Sequence record: MT612988.1
Strand: one strand, 5' to 3'
Length of the DNA: 64,000 nucleotides
Under the pieces are notes generated by a model that worked only from the letters and a program-made list of their open reading frames with translations, did no database searches and was not told where the DNA came from. The position numbers were made by a program, and so were the translations under genes. Below, piece by piece: positions 26,232 through 35,842 of this stretch (position 1 is its first letter; the number at the start of each line of letters is the position of its first letter).

Positions 26232-27611
26232 CTATTCTTGTTCTTTGAAAGCTGGGAATTCAGCAGTTGTACCGCGACGAATACGCATAGATGGTAGCTT
26301 GTCAATATGACTTGCGTGCCATCGCTGATATGCAGCAACGTCTTTCACATCAAGTAATTTGTTTAAAACGTCTAGACGACGTTCTTTCGACCAATGCTTG
26401 AAGCCCGATTGCGGCTCTTTTTTCTCAACAGAACCATCGAAGAATGATGATAAATCAACTGCTTTCGGTGTATTCAAGTCAAACGTTTCGGAGATGATTG
26501 CTTGGAAATTATTGACTTGTGATAAGATTATACACATATTACAAGCAACTTCAAACACAATATCTTCGTCTGTCATCGTTTCTTTGTCGAGTTCTTTCAA
26601 CCACAATCGTGTTGCGAACTCTTTGAACTCTTCCTTACCCCGAGGTAACACATGACCGAAACGACCCCACACTTCATCTAGCATTTCATCTAGTTCACGC
26701 GACGGTAATTTCTTACCATCTTTAAAGATGCCGTGACCTGAGATCTTACGACGACGACCGAGCTTATCTGTGTATTCACGATTGGTTAAACAACCAGTGT
26801 GAGTTGATGAGTCGTAGCTAATGTGAAAATCATCACCGAAATAACCGCTTCTGATAAGAGCTACAGCAGGCAACAATCGCTTAACAGAACCGACACCTAG
26901 CATATGCACAGATTTCTTTGCTTTATCTGGGATGTTGAGCTTCGGAATGACACTCATCATGTCAATAGACTCACGCACGCCATTACCAATACATGTATCG
27001 GCAGCAGCACACCCAGCAATGTGATGCTCAACGCCTTCAAGTTGTGACATTATACCATCACTGAATGCCTTAAAGTCATCGTCTGAGTTGCCTTGTAAGA
27101 TTATGTACGGTTTACAATCGCTTTCTTTCTCAAGATATGTTTCAATCTGAGCGCGTATGTTCTTACCTGTTTTAACACCGTATTTGTACGCTAGATCATA
27201 CATGAAGACCTTGTCTTTCGTGTTGATACGAGCAGAACCACCACCTTGTGCTTCATTGTGCAACGGGATTTCATCGAAACACATGCCAATATCACCAGAC
27301 TCTGCTTGATTCTCGTAAACTGCTTTACGAAGTTCTGGTGTATTCTCTAGACCTAAGTTAACAATCTGAAGACCGCCAGAATCGACATGAATCTTGTATA
27401 CAGAATCACCGAACAAGTCTTTAATTTGCTTACCGACTTTCTTTTCAGTGTATGCGTTATACAACATACTGATTTTATGAACACCGTCGAGATCTTGTGC
27501 TGTGTCTAGTATTTTACGCAAATAGGACGTGTCAACCACGTCCATTAGTTTATGTGCTGCACCAAGACGAGCATGACCCGTCGCAGACATAACGTATTCA
27601 ATTATCATCAA
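26232..27611 (-). CDS. TGT-fold guanine transglycosylase (DpdA-like, probably DNA-modifying)
   Basis: HVDSGGLQ, MCFDEIP, ILQG, HMLGVG, SYDSST TGT-family motifs; lies inside the que/folE cluster. Confidence 0.72.
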   Translation of the reverse strand: MMIIEYVMSATGHARLGAAHKLMDVVDTSYLRKILDTAQDLDGVHKISMLYNAYTEKKVGKQIKDLFGDSVYKIHVDSGGLQIVNLGLENTPELRKAVYENQAESGDIGMCFDEIPLHNEAQGGGSARINTKDKVFMYDLAYKYGVKTGKNIRAQIETYLEKESDCKPYIILQGNSDDDFKAFSDGIMSQLEGVEHHIAGCAAADTCIGNGVRESIDMMSVIPKLNIPDKAKKSVHMLGVGSVKRLLPAVALIRSGYFGDDFHISYDSSTHTGCLTNREYTDKLGRRRKISGHGIFKDGKKLPSRELDEMLDEVWGRFGHVLPRGKEEFKEFATRLWLKELDKETMTDEDIVFEVACNMCIILSQVNNFQAIISETFDLNTPKAVDLSSFFDGSVEKKEPQSGFKHWSKERRLDVLNKLLDVKDVAAYQRWHASHIDKLPSMRIRRGTTAEFPAFKEQE

Positions 27612-28280
27612 TTACCCTCGTGCTAGAGACATGAATTCGGCGCGTGCTTCTGGTTCGGTACGAAATGCACCTGATAGGTGACTTGTAACAGTGCTTGAGT
27701 TGTTGTCTTCAACACCGCGTGCCTTGACGCAATAGTGTTTTGCGTCGATCAATACTGCCACGTCTTCAGTTTCAAGAATGAACTTCAGTGCTTCAGCGAT
27801 TTGAACAGTCAAACGCTCTTGAATCTGTGGGCGTCGAGCAAAGTACTCGACGATGCGATTCATCTTAGAAAGACCAAGTACTTTCTTATTTGGGATATAT
27901 GCAACTGTTGCAAAGCCGTCGATTGTTACGATGTGATGCTCACATTGTGAAAGAACAGTAATGCCTTTTTCACAAACCATCTGATCGTAGTTCATTTTGT
28001 TGTCTACAGCAGTACATTTAGGGAACATATCTGGTGATAGACCGCTCATGAGTTCATTGACCATCATCTTAGCCCAACGCTTCGGTGTATCAACAAGCGA
28101 ATCGTCAGTAAGGTCAAGACCTAGAGCTTGCATGATGTCAGTGAATCGATCTTCAAGAATTACTTTCTTTTCATCATCAGTTAGACCGTTTTCAACAGTC
28201 GGCGTGTGCATTCCGATTTCACGAAGATGCGCTTCAACTTTTTGTCCAAGAATTGGATCTACTTTATTTTTGTCTAACAT
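27612..28280 (-). CDS. folE: GTP cyclohydrolase I
   Basis: DTPKR, CEHH, GLSKMNR, RPQIQERLT, HYCVKARGV. Confidence 0.95.
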   Translation of the reverse strand: MLDKNKVDPILGQKVEAHLREIGMHTPTVENGLTDDEKKVILEDRFTDIMQALGLDLTDDSLVDTPKRWAKMMVNELMSGLSPDMFPKCTAVDNKMNYDQMVCEKGITVLSQCEHHIVTIDGFATVAYIPNKKVLGLSKMNRIVEYFARRPQIQERLTVQIAEALKFILETEDVAVLIDAKHYCVKARGVEDNNSSTVTSHLSGAFRTEPEARAEFMSLARG

Positions 28281-28347
28281 TCTATTTCCTCTTAGTCAGA
28301 AAACAATAATAGCACGCCGAAGCGTGCTACTAAACATTAATTGTTGA

Positions 28348-29280
28348 TTACTTATAGAGTAATTCTTTGTTGATTTTGATGTCAACGACTGCGCCTTTCG
28401 AAAGACCTTCAGATACCCATACACGCTGTACACCCATACGCTGAAACTCGTCTTCGTATGTTTTTGCAATGTAGTTCGCGAGATTTTCAACTGTAGTTTC
28501 AGTGTTGATTACGATTGTTTCTTCTGAATCGATGTTCAAATAGAAATTACCACGCTGTGAACAATACGCTACCGCACCTTCCGCAGTTAGATTGTCGTTC
28601 CATACGATGTAGCCGCTCATTTCTTCAGCAATGCGCTCCAGTACTTTGCGACCACGACTGTTTAACATGGCATCAACTGCAATGAACGAACGATGTCCAT
28701 GTGCAATGTTCTGACACCCATAAGAAGAGCTAGAACGCAAGCCATGAGCGTAATGAAATGAAACGTGCGTGTTTGCCCATGATGGCAAGTCAAAGCTCTC
28801 TGAAAGCTCTACAGTGACGTGTGTGACCGGATAGCCTTGTAGTTTAAGCTGCTTCAGCAACATATTTTCAAGATACTCGGTTAGATAGTTCATGTACAGC
28901 GTATCCGACGGGATGTGAAGATCAGTATCGAATAGCGATACATCGACGATCTCTTGATACCAGTCATTGACAGACGAAACAGCAGTGAATAACGGAGAGT
29001 CGATTTGTGTACGGTCACGATTTTCAATATCGCTTAACACATATTCACTGTATCCGTTGACAAGAACTAGACGGTGATCAATTGCGTGTTCAGATTCGTC
29101 TACTAACTGCTTGATCGCTTTCTTGCAACCGCTGAAGTCAATTACGACTTGCTCAGTTTCATCTACTTCGCCGGTGATTTCAACACATAGATTGTAACTC
29201 ATACCGTTAATTTTACCGTTTTCATCAACGTATGCGTGATCGATGCATGTGATGTTGTTTAAAAACATTGTACTTTTCAT
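28348..29280 (-). CDS. queD: QueD-like 6-carboxytetrahydropterin synthase with tandem T-fold domains
   Basis: N domain IDHA...VVIDF...DHR; C domain YAHGL...CQNIAHGH...TTVENLA. Confidence 0.72.
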   Translation of the reverse strand: MKSTMFLNNITCIDHAYVDENGKINGMSYNLCVEITGEVDETEQVVIDFSGCKKAIKQLVDESEHAIDHRLVLVNGYSEYVLSDIENRDRTQIDSPLFTAVSSVNDWYQEIVDVSLFDTDLHIPSDTLYMNYLTEYLENMLLKQLKLQGYPVTHVTVELSESFDLPSWANTHVSFHYAHGLRSSSSYGCQNIAHGHRSFIAVDAMLNSRGRKVLERIAEEMSGYIVWNDNLTAEGAVAYCSQRGNFYLNIDSEETIVINTETTVENLANYIAKTYEDEFQRMGVQRVWVSEGLSKGAVVDIKINKELLYK

Positions 29281-29334
29281 ATGTTTCTCTCTTGTTAAAG
29301 CTCTATTATAAGTCCGAATTACTTATATTAAACA

Positions 29335-29787
29335 TTATTCGTCTTCGAACATAATAACTTTCACACCACGAGCATCTAGCCAATGCCACCAATCGGGTTG
29401 TGAACCGCTGTAAATCGAACCTACAATGAGAATTTTGATACCAGCCGCGACTATCAGCTTGGCACAGTTATGACACGGCGACGTTGTAACATACATAGTC
29501 GCGCCTTCAGTAGATATGCCAGCGCGTGCAGCGTAGCAAATCGCGTTTTGTTCCGCATGTATCTCGTGAATTTCTGACCATTGACGGTGAGTTAAATCAC
29601 CGAAGTCATCGGTATCTTTACAGTGAAGCATACCTGACGGTGTACCATTGTAACCGTGTGAGATAATACGATCATTCTTGACGATGACAGCACCTACTTG
29701 CTTCTGTGTGCAGGTGCTTTTCTTAGCAAATGACTTGGCGATGTCAAGATACACCAAGTCATAATAGCTTTTGTTCTTCGGGAACAT
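29335..29787 (-). CDS. cd: dCMP deaminase
   Basis: QVGAVIV, GYNG, HAEQNAI, SPCHNC. Confidence 0.92.
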   Translation of the reverse strand: MFPKNKSYYDLVYLDIAKSFAKKSTCTQKQVGAVIVKNDRIISHGYNGTPSGMLHCKDTDDFGDLTHRQWSEIHEIHAEQNAICYAARAGISTEGATMYVTTSPCHNCAKLIVAAGIKILIVGSIYSGSQPDWWHWLDARGVKVIMFEDE

Positions 29788-30104
29788 TACGATAACAGAG
29801 CAGCTTTAACTAGTTCATCAAACTTCGCATCAGCTTTCTTTACGTAAACTGGTGCGTTGATTGTGTTGAAGTCAGCAAGAGCAACAGCAGATAGGTTACG
29901 AATGTGGTATACTGCGTTGCGCGTCTCTGCGTATACTTTGTTGTCGATTACTTTGAATGATTCAATCGGCGCAGTTAATGCGTGCTCGCCTTGCTCATGA
30001 CCAACCATTGAATTGAAGAAACGACCTTTGATGCGATTCGTCTCAACGAATTCTTTAGAAGTAAGTTCGATTGCAGCAGTGAAGTTAACGTTGAATGTAG
30101 TCAT
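29787..30104 (-). CDS. Hypothetical protein (paralog of 30166-30465)
   Basis: G..ALTAPI..F......YAETRNAVYHI pattern. Confidence 0.6.
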   Translation of the reverse strand: MTTFNVNFTAAIELTSKEFVETNRIKGRFFNSMVGHEQGEHALTAPIESFKVIDNKVYAETRNAVYHIRNLSAVALADFNTINAPVYVKKADAKFDELVKAALLS

Positions 30105-30165
30105 AATATATTTCTCTCAAAAAGTAATCAAAAATAGTGAATTCGTTTGTATTAAAGCAGAATTT

Positions 30166-30465
30166 CTAGTTGTTGTAAAGCGGAATGTTAATACCGCGTT
30201 CAGCAGCGTCTTTAATCATTTGCGTAATCTCGTCAAAAGACACGTTGGTTAGTTGATAACGACTCTTAGAGTGCGTCACAGCATACACAATACCGCCATT
30301 GATTTCAACATACATGACATTAGAAGTCATGATTTCGCCTGCGTCATTGAATCGCTCGATTGAGTGACCGCTTGCTTGACCAACTAGAATGTGAGTTTTA
30401 TTCGGGTTGAACCCTGTGTTCACAAACTGCTTCATTGATAGTTCTAACTTACCAGTAATATCCAT
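30166..30465 (-). CDS. Hypothetical protein (paralog of 29787-30104)
   Basis: F.DAGEIMTSNV......VYAVTHSKSRYQL pattern. Confidence 0.6.
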   Translation of the reverse strand: MDITGKLELSMKQFVNTGFNPNKTHILVGQASGHSIERFNDAGEIMTSNVMYVEINGGIVYAVTHSKSRYQLTNVSFDEITQMIKDAAERGINIPLYNN

Positions 30466-30477
30466 GTTTGTTACCTC

Positions 30478-30672
30478 TTAAAATTCGATGTTTGATGCTT
30501 GAACTGTCTGAACAGCACCGATTTTAGCAGGTTTGCCGAAACAGTCAACACCGCCTGTGATTCTAACAGTGTAGTTGTCTTTGTTACCAAGACGGTTTAC
30601 TGAGTTTTCGTCGTGTGAAACGATTTCAACTTCAGTGTATTTGCCAAAACCTTGATTGATGCGTGCTTTCAT
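30478..30672 (-). CDS. Hypothetical protein
   Basis: First gene after a TTGCAT-17-TATTAT promoter with the conserved leader. Confidence 0.65.
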   Translation of the reverse strand: MKARINQGFGKYTEVEIVSHDENSVNRLGNKDNYTVRITGGVDCFGKPAKIGAVQTVQASNIEF

Positions 30673-30766
30673 AATGTTCTCTCTTTGTTAGTAGTCGATG
30701 TCGTTTCGATGTAGCTATAATAGGCGTTTCGTGAAATTCATGCAACCGTTTTTTTGCTCTAAAACG

Positions 30767-30791
30767 AAAAAAGGTAGCCGAAGCTACCTTT
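30767..30791 (-). terminator. Intrinsic terminator
   Basis: GGTAGC-TTCG-GCTACC plus T-run. Confidence 0.8.
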
Positions 30792-30797
30792 CTGTAT

Positions 30798-31673
30798 TTA
30801 AGCACCAATTCGTTCTAACGTTGCTTGACTCAATTTCGAATCACTTTGGGCTTCAAGAGAACTAACATCACTCCAAACGGTGATCTCATTTCCATTGATT
30901 ACCCAGATCTTACCAGAAATCATTGCTATACGTTGCTCATCATCGTAGAAAAGCTCGTCTTCAGGTTCATAATACCACTCTAACGGGTAAAATGATTTAT
31001 ACCAAGCAACATCATCATTGATGCTACCTGCCGAAAGTTCAACAATACCAGCTTCGATGTTTAACGAGTGACCGCCACGAAGATACCAAATACCATCACC
31101 ACCCGTTACTTTAACAATAGCAGCGTCGTTGATTGTAGGTAAATCGAGCAATTCAGTTCCCATTTCTGTATCATAACCAGTCGGGTTATCAGTGTAAACA
31201 GGCTTTGGGTCTTCAATAGGAACGATTCGTTCCATCACGAATGACGCACCTTCAGATTCATTTGATACTCTCAATTTGAAACCTAAATCTTTGGCAAATC
31301 GTTCAGCCATTCTTTTGTATAATCGAGTACGCTTACGGGAATCAGAACGATTTGTGTCATTAAATGCTGCGAATGTGATTCGATTTACGATGTTGTTTTG
31401 CATCACGTGCTTAATTTCAGAAATAACCGTGGCGAAAACAGTCATCGCGTCTTTAGAATCACCCTTTGCTAGGCTGTAATTGTAAGACATTGCACCCGCT
31501 GGCTTATGCATAAAATCCACGCCTAGAGCTTTGCGATCTTCTTCATAATACAGACCAATCATATACTCCGCGCCGTCTATTTCGAAGTAACTCTGATTAC
31601 CACGTCGTGCTGTTATGGGTGCAGCGCGGTTAAACGCTTCTGTTAGCTCGTTTTGATATTCGCTAAATTTCAT
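30798..31673 (-). CDS. Putative internal virion protein, family A
   Basis: MKFSEYQNELTE N-terminus; N domain similar to 31675 and 40360. Confidence 0.65.
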   Translation of the reverse strand: MKFSEYQNELTEAFNRAAPITARRGNQSYFEIDGAEYMIGLYYEEDRKALGVDFMHKPAGAMSYNYSLAKGDSKDAMTVFATVISEIKHVMQNNIVNRITFAAFNDTNRSDSRKRTRLYKRMAERFAKDLGFKLRVSNESEGASFVMERIVPIEDPKPVYTDNPTGYDTEMGTELLDLPTINDAAIVKVTGGDGIWYLRGGHSLNIEAGIVELSAGSINDDVAWYKSFYPLEWYYEPEDELFYDDEQRIAMISGKIWVINGNEITVWSDVSSLEAQSDSKLSQATLERIGA

Positions 31674-31674
31674 T

Positions 31675-32595
31675 TTAAGATTCCATTATTTCTGGGTTTA
31701 ACCACGGCGCATCGAATGCATTCACGTATTTGGTAAACGCTGCATCGTCGGTGTATATTTTTAGACTTGTTTGACTAGTCAAGACGATATAGAAGTTCTT
31801 GAATGCACCAACCAGATATGTTCTATCTTCTTCGGGACCCTCGCCATAGTCGAAAATTGGGTGCTGTAGTGCTGCTAACCAACCTTCCCTGTCCGACATT
31901 TCATACACAACGCGATTTACACGTAACCTAGCTGCAATTTCGTCAGCCGCTTTTACAACTGCACGACCTTGCCCTAGAACACCACTAATCATCGAACCAT
32001 CTTCAACTTCAAACGCTCTTACAAATGCATATGCATTGGCGTGAGATAAATTAACTTCAACATGGTCGCTATGTTCTTCAAACCCGACTGGACGACGTGC
32101 TCGACGTGAAAAGTCATCTACACGTTGTTGATAACCCACATCATACACAATGAATTCACGACCTACGTTTCTGTAATCATACTGAGGGAATTCTCTAAGT
32201 TTCGCCTTTGTCATGATCTTATACAGTCTGAGACGTTTATCTGCATCACGCTGATCAGCGTCATTGAACGCGCTATATGTTATTTGAGCAGGTGAATTGT
32301 CTCTAACAAAACTGAAAATAGCATCGACAACCGTTGATAATACGATACGAGCTGTTTTATCATCTTTCTTAGTTAGATTATAACCACTACCATCAAGAGC
32401 TTTGAACGACACCTCAGCCTTCATAGACTTCATCCCGTTCGGTTCACGTATAATACCTTTCTGAATGTCTATTTCATAATAAACACCATCAACTTGAAAC
32501 GCATACACGTTTAAATTTGGTAACTCTCGGACGAGTTTATATTTCGCAGGGCGATCTAACGACTCGTTGAGTCTTTGATATTCGCTAAATTTCAC
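31675..32595 (-). CDS. Putative internal virion protein, family A
   Basis: MKFSEYQRLNE N-terminus; TVVDAI..F......ITYSAFND...KRLRLYK shared with 30798. Confidence 0.65.
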   Translation of the reverse strand: MKFSEYQRLNESLDRPAKYKLVRELPNLNVYAFQVDGVYYEIDIQKGIIREPNGMKSMKAEVSFKALDGSGYNLTKKDDKTARIVLSTVVDAIFSFVRDNSPAQITYSAFNDADQRDADKRLRLYKIMTKAKLREFPQYDYRNVGREFIVYDVGYQQRVDDFSRRARRPVGFEEHSDHVEVNLSHANAYAFVRAFEVEDGSMISGVLGQGRAVVKAADEIAARLRVNRVVYEMSDREGWLAALQHPIFDYGEGPEEDRTYLVGAFKNFYIVLTSQTSLKIYTDDAAFTKYVNAFDAPWLNPEIMES

Positions 32596-32885
32596 TCTAA
32601 AAATTCCCCGTCTGGTATCGTGTCTTTGTCGATATTACCATTCAATGGTAGATCATCATCAAGACCGACATCTATTGATTTTAAATGTATTTCTAAGTCG
32701 TCGATTGATTGTTCAGTATAGAGGTACTTGCTTCTGTAATCGAAAAATGAGTAGCAATCTTCAGTGTATTCTACTTTCAAAATCGTTTCATGACCTGCAT
32801 GAACATATACTACGGGGTCGCCGAACGCGCTAATATCCGTATAACTCATCTTCGTGTTTTTCAATAATGCAATTGCTTCTCTCAT
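32592..32885 (-). CDS. Hypothetical protein
   Basis: Coupled ORF. Confidence 0.6.
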   Translation of the reverse strand: MREAIALLKNTKMSYTDISAFGDPVVYVHAGHETILKVEYTEDCYSFFDYRSKYLYTEQSIDDLEIHLKSIDVGLDDDLPLNGNIDKDTIPDGEFLE

Positions 32886-32888
32886 AGA

Positions 32889-33173
32889 TTAACCTATAAA
32901 ATTGTTTAATGGGCTGCTCAATCTATCAAGTTCTTCTAGTATTACATCACCATGACACGCTTTAGGCTTACAATGACAACCGAGAATCTTTCCTTTTAGT
33001 TGCATAAACTGCTTTTTAAATTCGTCGTCTTGTAATTGAATGCGTAACCACTCGCGATAAAGCTCAATAACTTCGCTTCGAGTGCCGTCAATCCCTGATT
33101 TAAATGGGTTCCCAAACGGGGTGCCGCGACCAATGTACACATCAAAAGAATGATGAGCAATGTTAACTATCAT
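32889..33173 (-). CDS. DUF4326-family protein
   Basis: DVYIGRGTPFGNPF, LKGKILGCHCKPKACHGDV. Confidence 0.85.
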   Translation of the reverse strand: MIVNIAHHSFDVYIGRGTPFGNPFKSGIDGTRSEVIELYREWLRIQLQDDEFKKQFMQLKGKILGCHCKPKACHGDVILEELDRLSSPLNNFIG

Positions 33174-33489
33174 TATTTAGCACCACTCTAAACCCAACAC
33201 CGTGAATGACATTAACACAATCAACAAGACTACCGACAATCGGCACTGCTTTAACTTCAGCACGCTCGTAACCTGCGTATCGTACAAGCTGAAGAACAAC
33301 CTTTTCATCACAATCTTTGTACATCGTGTAAGAACCGACTAAGAAGATGTCATTGTCATCGGCTATATTGTTGATGATCTCTCTTCGAGCGTATCTAGCT
33401 GCTTGCGTGCGCATATAACGCTCGAAATCACCATTATCGTTTTTCATTCTATTGATTTGTCGTCTCATAATAACCTCAAAAAGCGCCAT
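33163..33489 (-). CDS. Hypothetical protein
   Basis: Packed ORF. Confidence 0.55.
   Translation of the reverse strand: MALFEVIMRRQINRMKNDNGDFERYMRTQAARYARREIINNIADDNDIFLVGSYTMYKDCDEKVVLQLVRYAGYERAEVKAVPIVGSLVDCVNVIHGVGFRVVLNNDS
33174..33179 (-). promoter_or_regulatory. Late promoter core TAAATA
   Basis: Nearest late-promoter match upstream of the family A pair. Confidence 0.45.
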
Positions 33490-33497
33490 AAAGGCGC

Positions 33498-33677
33498 TTA
33501 CTGTTCTGAATATCTAACACCTTTGAGAAATGCCTCAAGGCAATATTCATTATACGATTCGTAAACAACTTGACCGTTGTCTTTTATCTGCCATAGTGAT
33601 TGATTGTGTTCGTCAATTTCTTCGTTCAGAATGAACCCTTGACGTTCAACCATATCTCGTATTTCATGCTTTCTCAT
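33498..33677 (-). CDS. Hypothetical protein (59 aa, not in ORF track)
   Basis: MRKHEIREMVERQGF...RYSEQ*; GAGG SD. Confidence 0.6.
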   Translation of the reverse strand: MRKHEIRDMVERQGFILNEEIDEHNQSLWQIKDNGQVVYESYNEYCLEAFLKGVRYSEQ

Positions 33678-33722
33678 AATAACCTCGTTTTAGAGTGGCG
33701 ACTCAAGCCGCCACTATTTTAA

Positions 33723-35099
33723 TTAAAGGACTCGACCACCACAGTGTTCGCCTTTCTCTAGTTTAGTACGTACATATGGAATACGTTCTTCACTCAGATC
33801 TTTCCAGTATTGATCAGTGTTCGGTGTTGTGCTGTGACCGTAACCGTAGTTGTGACCGATTTCGTGCAAGAATACACGAGTGTTGTGGTCATAGTTTGCA
33901 AGATCATACATCTTAGATTCAGTCTTGGTGTTTGCAGCCCATGCGAAAATCGCAAAGGTTGTGTGCTCGTCGTATGACGGTGCAACGCCGTAGATTGAAG
34001 TTACCCCACCTGTATAACCAGGTGAAGGCAAGTAACCTTCATCACCAGTCATGATCATATTCGCACGACATGACTCAAAGTTGTTATTGAACCCTGCGTA
34101 TGCTTTCATCGACGCGCTTACTAATGCGTTTTCACGCTGCATCTTCAAGATCTCAATAGCACGCACTGAACTGTATTCATACAGTGGAATACGACCTTCC
34201 AAGTGAGGGAAGTTTCTCAGGTCATCAGTCTGCGGTGAGTAAGTCTGATATAGACCAGAACTGTTACCAGTCAGAATCGGTTCAATTAAGCCTAGTTTGT
34301 AACCAACCTGTACTGAGTTCGAGTTCACTTGTTTTTGCCATGTTTCCCACCACTTCGGGTCTGCCATGTGGAAGTATGATAGATTACCATCACCACCCAT
34401 CCCCGGGATTAATGTCGCGTTCACCATCAAGTACGGACGGTCAAACGTCTTATTCGCTTGATCAATCGATGTCTTGATGCTTGATAGATCTTCAGTTGTG
34501 TGTAACCAGTTCAACGCTTTAATCCAGAAGCCTGCCAGATCACCACCGTAGTTCATGTCGTTAACTGTGTAACATACACGTTTACCGAGCTGATAACGAC
34601 AGCTCTCGCGGCGTAAGTTAGCCCAACCCACATCAAGCGAGCCGTTTACATCAAACTTGCTTGAGTCTGCATTCATGCGAAGCGTGTATTCAAAGCCGTT
34701 ATCAAAACATGCGCTACCTGATACAGAACATGCCCACTTCAATGGTGCCATAGCAAGTGTACTAAGAGCACGCATATCATCACTTGGTGACATTGTACGC
34801 ATGTCTGTTGAATCTTTCCAGAACCCGTAACCGTTACTGTCCATCGAAATGTAAGTGCTATTGACGGTCTGACTGATTTCACCGGTTTTCTTATACTCAG
34901 CGTCAGCTTCTTGCATCGCGCTGTTTAACCAGGTACGTAACACTGAGTTGTGATAACCGTTCGTCATATGAGGGAACGTGAACTCAGTTGTGAAAGGACT
35001 CGGTGTTTCGACACCTTCAGCCGGTAGTCCCGTGAATGTAGCCGCTGTCGTTGACGCAGTAGAACATAACAATGCTAATGAAAGCCAAAGTTTTTTCAT
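33723..35099 (-). CDS. Exported protein with a C-terminal metzincin-type Zn motif
   Basis: Signal peptide MKKLWLSLALLCSTASTTA; HEIGHNYGYGH matches HExxHxxGxxH. Confidence 0.7.
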   Translation of the reverse strand: MKKLWLSLALLCSTASTTAATFTGLPAEGVETPSPFTTEFTFPHMTNGYHNSVLRTWLNSAMQEADAEYKKTGEISQTVNSTYISMDSNGYGFWKDSTDMRTMSPSDDMRALSTLAMAPLKWACSVSGSACFDNGFEYTLRMNADSSKFDVNGSLDVGWANLRRESCRYQLGKRVCYTVNDMNYGGDLAGFWIKALNWLHTTEDLSSIKTSIDQANKTFDRPYLMVNATLIPGMGGDGNLSYFHMADPKWWETWQKQVNSNSVQVGYKLGLIEPILTGNSSGLYQTYSPQTDDLRNFPHLEGRIPLYEYSSVRAIEILKMQRENALVSASMKAYAGFNNNFESCRANMIMTGDEGYLPSPGYTGGVTSIYGVAPSYDEHTTFAIFAWAANTKTESKMYDLANYDHNTRVFLHEIGHNYGYGHSTTPNTDQYWKDLSEERIPYVRTKLEKGEHCGGRVL

Positions 35100-35174
35100 T
35101 TTATACCTATATTTTTAAGTTTTATTTTTATCTGTACAACCTAACCAGACGTGAATTGCAGTACATCGCTGCAA

Positions 35175-35222
35175 TGTGAAACTAGTATAGCATCATGTCG
35201 TTGATATTAAACTAGTTTCACA
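35175..35222. repeat. Perfect 12-bp inverted repeat with 24-bp spacer
   Basis: TGTGAAACTAGT (35175-35186) and ACTAGTTTCACA (35211-35222). Confidence 0.8.
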
Positions 35223-35228
35223 ATCTTT

Positions 35229-35510
35229 TTAAATTCGTTTACCCCATTCAGAGAAGTCACGACCAGTCCAAATGAACTCGCGGTTGGTCAACTCTTCGAT
35301 AGCTTTTTGAGTTGGTTCGAATGTAAATACGTCACCGATATATTCATAGCCGTACTTCGCTTTTGCTGCAATTTCTCGCATTTCAGCACCTTTTTTCAGC
35401 ACTTCAGCTTCGCTTTTCGCGATGATGTAACCATCTGGTCGAGTGCCCCAACCATGCTCAACTTCAGTTACAAGTGCACCGTAACAGACAATCTTTGTTT
35501 CAAAACTCAT
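35229..35510 (-). CDS. Hypothetical protein
   Basis: EVEHGWGTRPDG motif. Confidence 0.65.
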   Translation of the reverse strand: MSFETKIVCYGALVTEVEHGWGTRPDGYIIAKSEAEVLKKGAEMREIAAKAKYGYEYIGDVFTFEPTQKAIEELTNREFIWTGRDFSEWGKRI

Positions 35511-35842
35511 GATAAACCTCTTACTTTGATGTTTTCATACACAGGCGCGACTTTTTCAAACACGACTGATTTAATCGTTGGTTGATTGTTGTCGATGTTA
35601 ATCGCATTGATGAACGCAACTATACCGTCAATCGTGTTGAATTCCATTGATTCGAACCCAATCACATAACGACATTTCACTAGACGCCATTTGCCTTGCT
35701 TTTCAAGTGCAATGTAGTTCGATTGGCATGCTTTAGACAACCCCATACCCGATAGATCATAATCTTCGTCTCTCAACGTAGTATCAGCTACGATTGCAGT
35801 GCGTGGGTTTTGATAATCAACATATAATACAATTTGTTGCAT
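35507..35842 (-). CDS. Hypothetical protein
   Basis: Coupled ORF. Confidence 0.6.
   Translation of the reverse strand: MQQIVLYVDYQNPRTAIVADTTLRDEDYDLSGMGLSKACQSNYIALEKQGKWRLVKCRYVIGFESMEFNTIDGIVAFINAINIDNNQPTIKSVVFEKVAPVYENIKVRGLS

Noticed and set aside
9283-26233. Repeated hairpin AGCGCCCGTAGGCGCT at 9283 and 26218
   Set aside because: Explained as an ordinary UNCG-loop terminator or stability hairpin reused in the genome.
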